Source: Candidatus Eiseniibacteriota bacterium
Lineage (GTDB): Bacteria > Eisenbacteria > RBG-16-71-46
DNA length: 13,108 bases
Reading direction: 5' to 3'
NCBI GenBank assembly: GCA_031364845.1
Contig: JANLWX010000035.1
Span: forward strand, 1 to 13,108
A program made the translations under genes and the position numbers. Below are positions 9,080-13,108 of this stretch, piece after piece; the first letter of the stretch is position 1; every line of letters starts with the position of its first letter. Below the pieces are notes generated by a model, which had not been told where the DNA came from, ran no database searches, and saw only the letters and a program-made list of their open reading frames with translations.

Positions 9080-9559
9080 ATGCCGCTGCACGTGGGACTG
9101 GGCTACGACATTCATCGGCGCGCCGAGGGGCGGTTGCTGGTGCTGGGCGGCGTGCGTTTCAAGACCGACTGGGGGCTCGACGGCCACAGCGATGCCGACG
9201 TGCTGTCGCATGCGATCGGCGATGCGCTCCTGGGCGCGTGCGCGCTGGGTGATCTCGGCACGCACTTTCCGCCGGGCGATCCGCGCTGGAAGGACATTTC
9301 GAGCATCGAGTTGCTGCGCCTGATCCGCGCGCTGCTCGAGGGGCTGGGTGCGCGGATCGTGAACGTCGATGCGACGCTGATCGCCGAGGAGCCGAAGCTG
9401 GCACCGGTGCGCGACGAGATGCGCGGCAAGATCGCGCGCGCGCTCCAGATCGAAGACAGCCAGGTGTCCGTGAAGGCGACGACCAACGAGACGATCGGCG
9501 CCGTCGGGCGGCGCGAAGGACTCGCGGCCATGGCGATCGCGATGGTGGAGCGCCCATGA
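9080..9559 (+). CDS. ispF: 2-C-methyl-D-erythritol 2,4-cyclodiphosphate synthase
   Basis: GLGYDIH, GHSDADVLSHAIGDALLGA, GDLGTHFPP, NVDAT, PKL and SVKATTNE motifs. Confidence 0.97.
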   Translation: MPLHVGLGYDIHRRAEGRLLVLGGVRFKTDWGLDGHSDADVLSHAIGDALLGACALGDLGTHFPPGDPRWKDISSIELLRLIRALLEGLGARIVNVDATLIAEEPKLAPVRDEMRGKIARALQIEDSQVSVKATTNETIGAVGRREGLAAMAIAMVERP

Positions 9560-11067
9560 GTGTGCGGGTCCGCTTCGCGCCGAGTCCGACCGGCTGGCTG
9601 CATGTGGGAGGTGCGCGCACGGCGTACTTCAACTGGCTGTTCGCGCGGCAGAACGGCGGGCAGTTCGTGCTGCGCATCGAGGACACCGACGTCGTGCGCT
9701 CGACCGCGGCGAGCGAGGCGGGCGTGCTCGCGGACCTCGCGTGGCTCGGGCTCGACTGGGACGAGGGCCCGGATCGCGGCGGTGAATTCGGTCCGTATCG
9801 CCAGAGCGAGCGGCTTTCACTCTATCGCGAGCGCGCCGATCATCTGACGGAGCGCGGGCTCGCGTATCCGTGTTTCTGCACCGATGAAGAACTCGAAGCG
9901 CGCCGTGCCGCTGCACTCGCGGCCGGTCACCCGCCGCACTACGACGGCCGCTGCCGCGAGCTCAGCGTGGCCGAGCGCGCCGCGCGCGTCGCCGAAGGGC
10001 GCCCCGCGAGCGTGCGGTTCGCAGTCGCGGCGCGCGACTGGGACCTCGACGATCGCGTGCGCGGGCACGTGCGGTTTCCGGCCGGCATGGTCGGGGACTT
10101 CGTGCTGCTGCGCTCGAACGGTCTGCCGACCTACAACTTCGCGTGCGCGGTCGACGATGCGGCGATGCGCATTACGCACGTGATCCGCGCGGAAGAGCAT
10201 CTCGCGAACACGCCGCGTCAGTTGATGATCTACGACGCGCTCGACACGACGCCGCCGCAGTTCGCGCACGCCGCGCTGATCCTCAATCGCGATCGCACCA
10301 AGATGAGCAAGCGCGACGGCGAAGCCGCGGTCGCGGTCGGCGACTATCGCCGCGAGGGCTACCTGCCGCAGGCGCTGCTCAGCTATCTCGCGCTGCTCGG
10401 ATTCCACCCGGGCGACGATCGCGAGATCCTGTCGCGCGCGGAACTGCTCGAAGCGTTCACGCTCGATCGCATCGGATCGAGCGGCTCGGTGTTCGATCCG
10501 GACAAGCTGCGGTGGATGAACGCGCACTACCTGCACCACGCGAGCGGGAGCGAGTTGAGAAGCTGGATCGAGCGCGAGATCGATGCTCCCGACGGCACTC
10601 CGCCGCCGGTCTGGGCACAGGGCTACCGGCGTCTGACGAGTGGCGTCGCTCCCGATTCGCTGGACCGCGTGCTCGAGATCGTGCGCGGCAATCTCACCAC
10701 ACTCGCCGACGTTCCGAACGAGCTGGGTTACCTGCTCGATCCGATCGATCCCGCCACGTTCGAGCCCGACGCACAACTCGCGCTCGCGACGGCCGGTGCT
10801 GCGGAGGTGTGCGACGCGTTCGCCCGCGCGCTCGGCGCGCTTGCGGAGTGGCGCGCGGACGCGATTAAATCCGCGCTTCAACAGGTCGGCGTCGCCCTCG
10901 GAGTCAAAGGCAAGGCGTTGTTTCAGCCGGTTCGGGCCGCGCTGACCGGGCGCACGCATGGACCCGAGCTTCCGGTGCTCGCCGAGTTCATCGATCGCGA
11001 CCGTTGTGTGGAGCGTTTGAAGACCGCTGCGGCATGGAGCCAAAAAAACACAGGGAGTGTGCAATGA
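9556..11067 (+). CDS. gltX: Glutamate--tRNA ligase
   Basis: RVRFAPSPTG, HIGH-like HVGG, LRIEDTD, PYRQSER, CFC...YDGRC, PTYNFA, KMSKR and a full anticodon domain (PVRAALTGRTHGPEL). Its length rules out GluQ. Confidence 0.96.
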   Translation: MSVRVRFAPSPTGWLHVGGARTAYFNWLFARQNGGQFVLRIEDTDVVRSTAASEAGVLADLAWLGLDWDEGPDRGGEFGPYRQSERLSLYRERADHLTERGLAYPCFCTDEELEARRAAALAAGHPPHYDGRCRELSVAERAARVAEGRPASVRFAVAARDWDLDDRVRGHVRFPAGMVGDFVLLRSNGLPTYNFACAVDDAAMRITHVIRAEEHLANTPRQLMIYDALDTTPPQFAHAALILNRDRTKMSKRDGEAAVAVGDYRREGYLPQALLSYLALLGFHPGDDREILSRAELLEAFTLDRIGSSGSVFDPDKLRWMNAHYLHHASGSELRSWIEREIDAPDGTPPPVWAQGYRRLTSGVAPDSLDRVLEIVRGNLTTLADVPNELGYLLDPIDPATFEPDAQLALATAGAAEVCDAFARALGALAEWRADAIKSALQQVGVALGVKGKALFQPVRAALTGRTHGPELPVLAEFIDRDRCVERLKTAAAWSQKNTGSVQ

Positions 11068-12098
11068 AAGTGGCTCTATTGATGGGTGGCCGGTCGGCCG
11101 AGCGCGAGATCTCGCTCAAGACCGGCCGCGGAATCGCGCAGGCGCTGCGCAATCTGGGGCATGATGTACTCGCGATCGACGCCGCCAACGGCCGCCTGCT
11201 GGCCGCGGGCGAAGAGGAGCAGGGCTCGCTGCCGCCGGAGGCCGTGCGCCAGTTGCCGGCGTCCTCGGTTGCCGCGGTTGCGAACGCCTCCGCGCTCGCC
11301 GAAGCCGAGATCGTCTTGATCGCGCTGCACGGCGGCTCGGGTGAGGACGGCACGGTTCAGGCGCTGCTCGAGTTGGCCGGCAAGCCCTACACCGGCTCGG
11401 GAGTGCTGGCGAGTGCGCTCGCGATGAACAAGGCGATGTCGAAGCGTGTGTTCGAGCACGCCGGTATCCCCACGCCCCGATGGCAGCTCGTCTCGGCGGC
11501 CGCGCGCGACACGGTGATCGACGCGCCGGCGCTCGGAGGCTATCCGCTGGTCGTGAAGCCCAACACCGAAGGCTCGACGGTCGGGCTCACGATCGTGAGC
11601 CGCGCCGACGACCTCGCCGATGCGCTCAATCTCGCGTTCGAGTACGGCGACGAGGCGCTGGTCGAGCAGTACATCCCCGGGCGCGAACTGACGGTGGCGG
11701 TGGTCGGTGACGAGGCGCTCCCGATCGTCGAGATCCGTCCGCAAGGCGGGCACTACGACTACGAGTCCAAGTACACGTCCGGAGCGAGTTCGTATTTCTG
11801 CCCGGCGGATCTGCCGGAGCCGCTCGCCGCGCGCATCCGGCAGCTCGGTCTCGACGCGGTGCGCGCGCTCGGTTGCTGCGGTGTGGCGCGCACCGACTTC
11901 CGCCTGAACCCCGCGGGCGAGCCCTATTGCCTCGAAGTGAACACGATCCCCGGGATGACTCCGACGAGCCTGGTGCCGATGGCGGCCAAGGCGCGCGGAA
12001 TCTCCTACGACCAACTCGTTGCGCGGATGCTCGAACTCGCCGCGCAGGAATACCGGCGGCGCCACCACCGCGTGCGCGCCGACGCACCACAAGCCTGA
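11064..12098 (+). CDS. ddl: D-alanine--D-alanine ligase
   Basis: MKVALLMGGRSAEREISL, ALHGGSGEDG, YTGSG, VKPNTEGSTVG, YDYESKY and LEVNTIPGMT. Start at ATG 11064 (ATGA overlap with gltX, AGGGAG SD) rather than 11004. Confidence 0.95.
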   Translation: MKVALLMGGRSAEREISLKTGRGIAQALRNLGHDVLAIDAANGRLLAAGEEEQGSLPPEAVRQLPASSVAAVANASALAEAEIVLIALHGGSGEDGTVQALLELAGKPYTGSGVLASALAMNKAMSKRVFEHAGIPTPRWQLVSAAARDTVIDAPALGGYPLVVKPNTEGSTVGLTIVSRADDLADALNLAFEYGDEALVEQYIPGRELTVAVVGDEALPIVEIRPQGGHYDYESKYTSGASSYFCPADLPEPLAARIRQLGLDAVRALGCCGVARTDFRLNPAGEPYCLEVNTIPGMTPTSLVPMAAKARGISYDQLVARMLELAAQEYRRRHHRVRADAPQA

Positions 12099-12109
12099 CG
12101 GGAGAGAGC

Positions 12110-13108
12110 ATGGACCGCACCGAGGAGTTCCTCAAAGAGTTGGTCGAAGCCGACGGCGCTCCGGGATTCGAATCCGACGTCGCCGCGGTGATGCAGCGAC
12201 ATCTCAAAGGCGTCGGCACGTTCTCGCGCGATCGTCTCGGCAGTTTCATCTGCGAGAAGAAGGGCTCGGCCGCCGCACCGCGCATCATGCTCGCCGGGCA
12301 TCTCGATGAAGTCGGCTTCATGGTGAAGTCGGTCACGAAGGACGGCTTCGTGAAATTCCTTCCGCTCGGCGGATGGTGGGGTCACGTCGTGCTCGGACAG
12401 CGGCTGCGCATCAAGACGCGCAAGGGCGACGTGCTGGGCGTGGTCGGCTCCAAACCTCCGCACGAACTGCGCGACGACGAGCGCAAGAAGGTGCTCGAGA
12501 TCCGCGAGATGTTCATCGACGTCGGCGCGACCTCGGATTGGGAGACGAAGAAGAAGCTCGACATCCGCCCCGGCGACCCGATCGTTCCGGAGTCGCACTT
12601 CACGAAGATGGCGAATCCGAACCTGTTGCTCGCCAAGGCATGGGACAACCGCATGGGCTGCGCGCTCGCGGCGGAGACCGTGCGCGCGTTGCAGGGTGCG
12701 GCGCATCCGAACACGGTCTATGCGGTCGCGACCGCGCAGGAAGAGGTCGGGCTGCGGGGTGCGGGAACGTCGGCGTACAAGATCAATCCGGATGTCGGCA
12801 TCGCGCTCGACGTCGGCATCGCGCACGACACGCCGGGCACCGAGGGCGACGAAAAGCTGGGCGGAGGTCCGCTCGTGGTGGTCTATGACGCGAGCGTGAT
12901 CCCGAACCGGAAGCTGTTCGATCTCGTGGTCGACACGGCCAAGAGGCTCAAGATGCCGCTCCAGTTCGAGTCGGTCGAGCGCGGCGGCACCGACGCCGGG
13001 CGTATTCACATGAATGCTGAGGGCGTGCCCTCGATCGCCCTGGGCGTGGCGGCACGCTACATCCACAGCCACGTCAGCATCATCGACCGCCGCGACGTCG
13101 ACCAGACG
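12110..13108 (+). CDS. M42-family (TET-type) metallo-aminopeptidase (3'-partial)
   Basis: Manual translation from ATG 12110 (GGGAG upstream): MDRTEEFLKELVEADGAPGFE, AGHLDEVGFMV, PLGGWWGHV, AKAWDNRMG, AQEEVGLRGA, IALDV, GGTDAG and RYIHSH. The frame is open to the window end, which is why it is missing from the ORF track. Confidence 0.93.
   Translation, partial: MDRTEEFLKELVEADGAPGFESDVAAVMQRHLKGVGTFSRDRLGSFICEKKGSAAAPRIMLAGHLDEVGFMVKSVTKDGFVKFLPLGGWWGHVVLGQRLRIKTRKGDVLGVVGSKPPHELRDDERKKVLEIREMFIDVGATSDWETKKKLDIRPGDPIVPESHFTKMANPNLLLAKAWDNRMGCALAAETVRALQGAAHPNTVYAVATAQEEVGLRGAGTSAYKINPDVGIALDVGIAHDTPGTEGDEKLGGGPLVVVYDASVIPNRKLFDLVVDTAKRLKMPLQFESVERGGTDAGRIHMNAEGVPSIALGVAARYIHSHVSIIDRRDVDQT

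Noticed and set aside
8699..9265. ORFs 8699-9079 (+) and 8912-9265 (-), both ending NSRVISGTGH
   Set aside because: The shared ending is a by-product of the inverted repeat, and both ORFs overlap real genes.

Overview
This is a high-GC bacterial housekeeping region with 13 co-oriented (+ strand), tightly packed genes: coaBC (5'-truncated), family-4 uracil-DNA glycosylase, dnaB, mlaE, mlaF, mlaD-like MCE, radA, a YbaK/ProX-type aminoacyl-tRNA deacylase, ispD, ispF, gltX, ddl and an M42 aminopeptidase (3'-truncated, absent from the supplied ORF track). Most junctions are 4-nt stop/start overlaps. I see no transposase, integrase, tRNA, rRNA or CRISPR array. The one clearly non-genic structure is a 164-nt palindromic element (8914-9077) between the ispD stop and the ispF start. 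It has 31-nt terminal inverted arms (30/31 match), a longer imperfect stem whose mismatches are mostly G-U pairs on the + strand, and a two-hairpin head. Deleting it in silico restores SD-TGA-ATG adjacency of ispD and ispF, so it looks like a MITE/REP-like insertion that may fold in the mRNA. Secondary points are a CoaC domain lacking the canonical catalytic Cys, a probably non-discriminating GluRS, and a slippery A7 run at the gltX/ddl junction. I cannot support a wholly new multi-gene system from the sequence alone.
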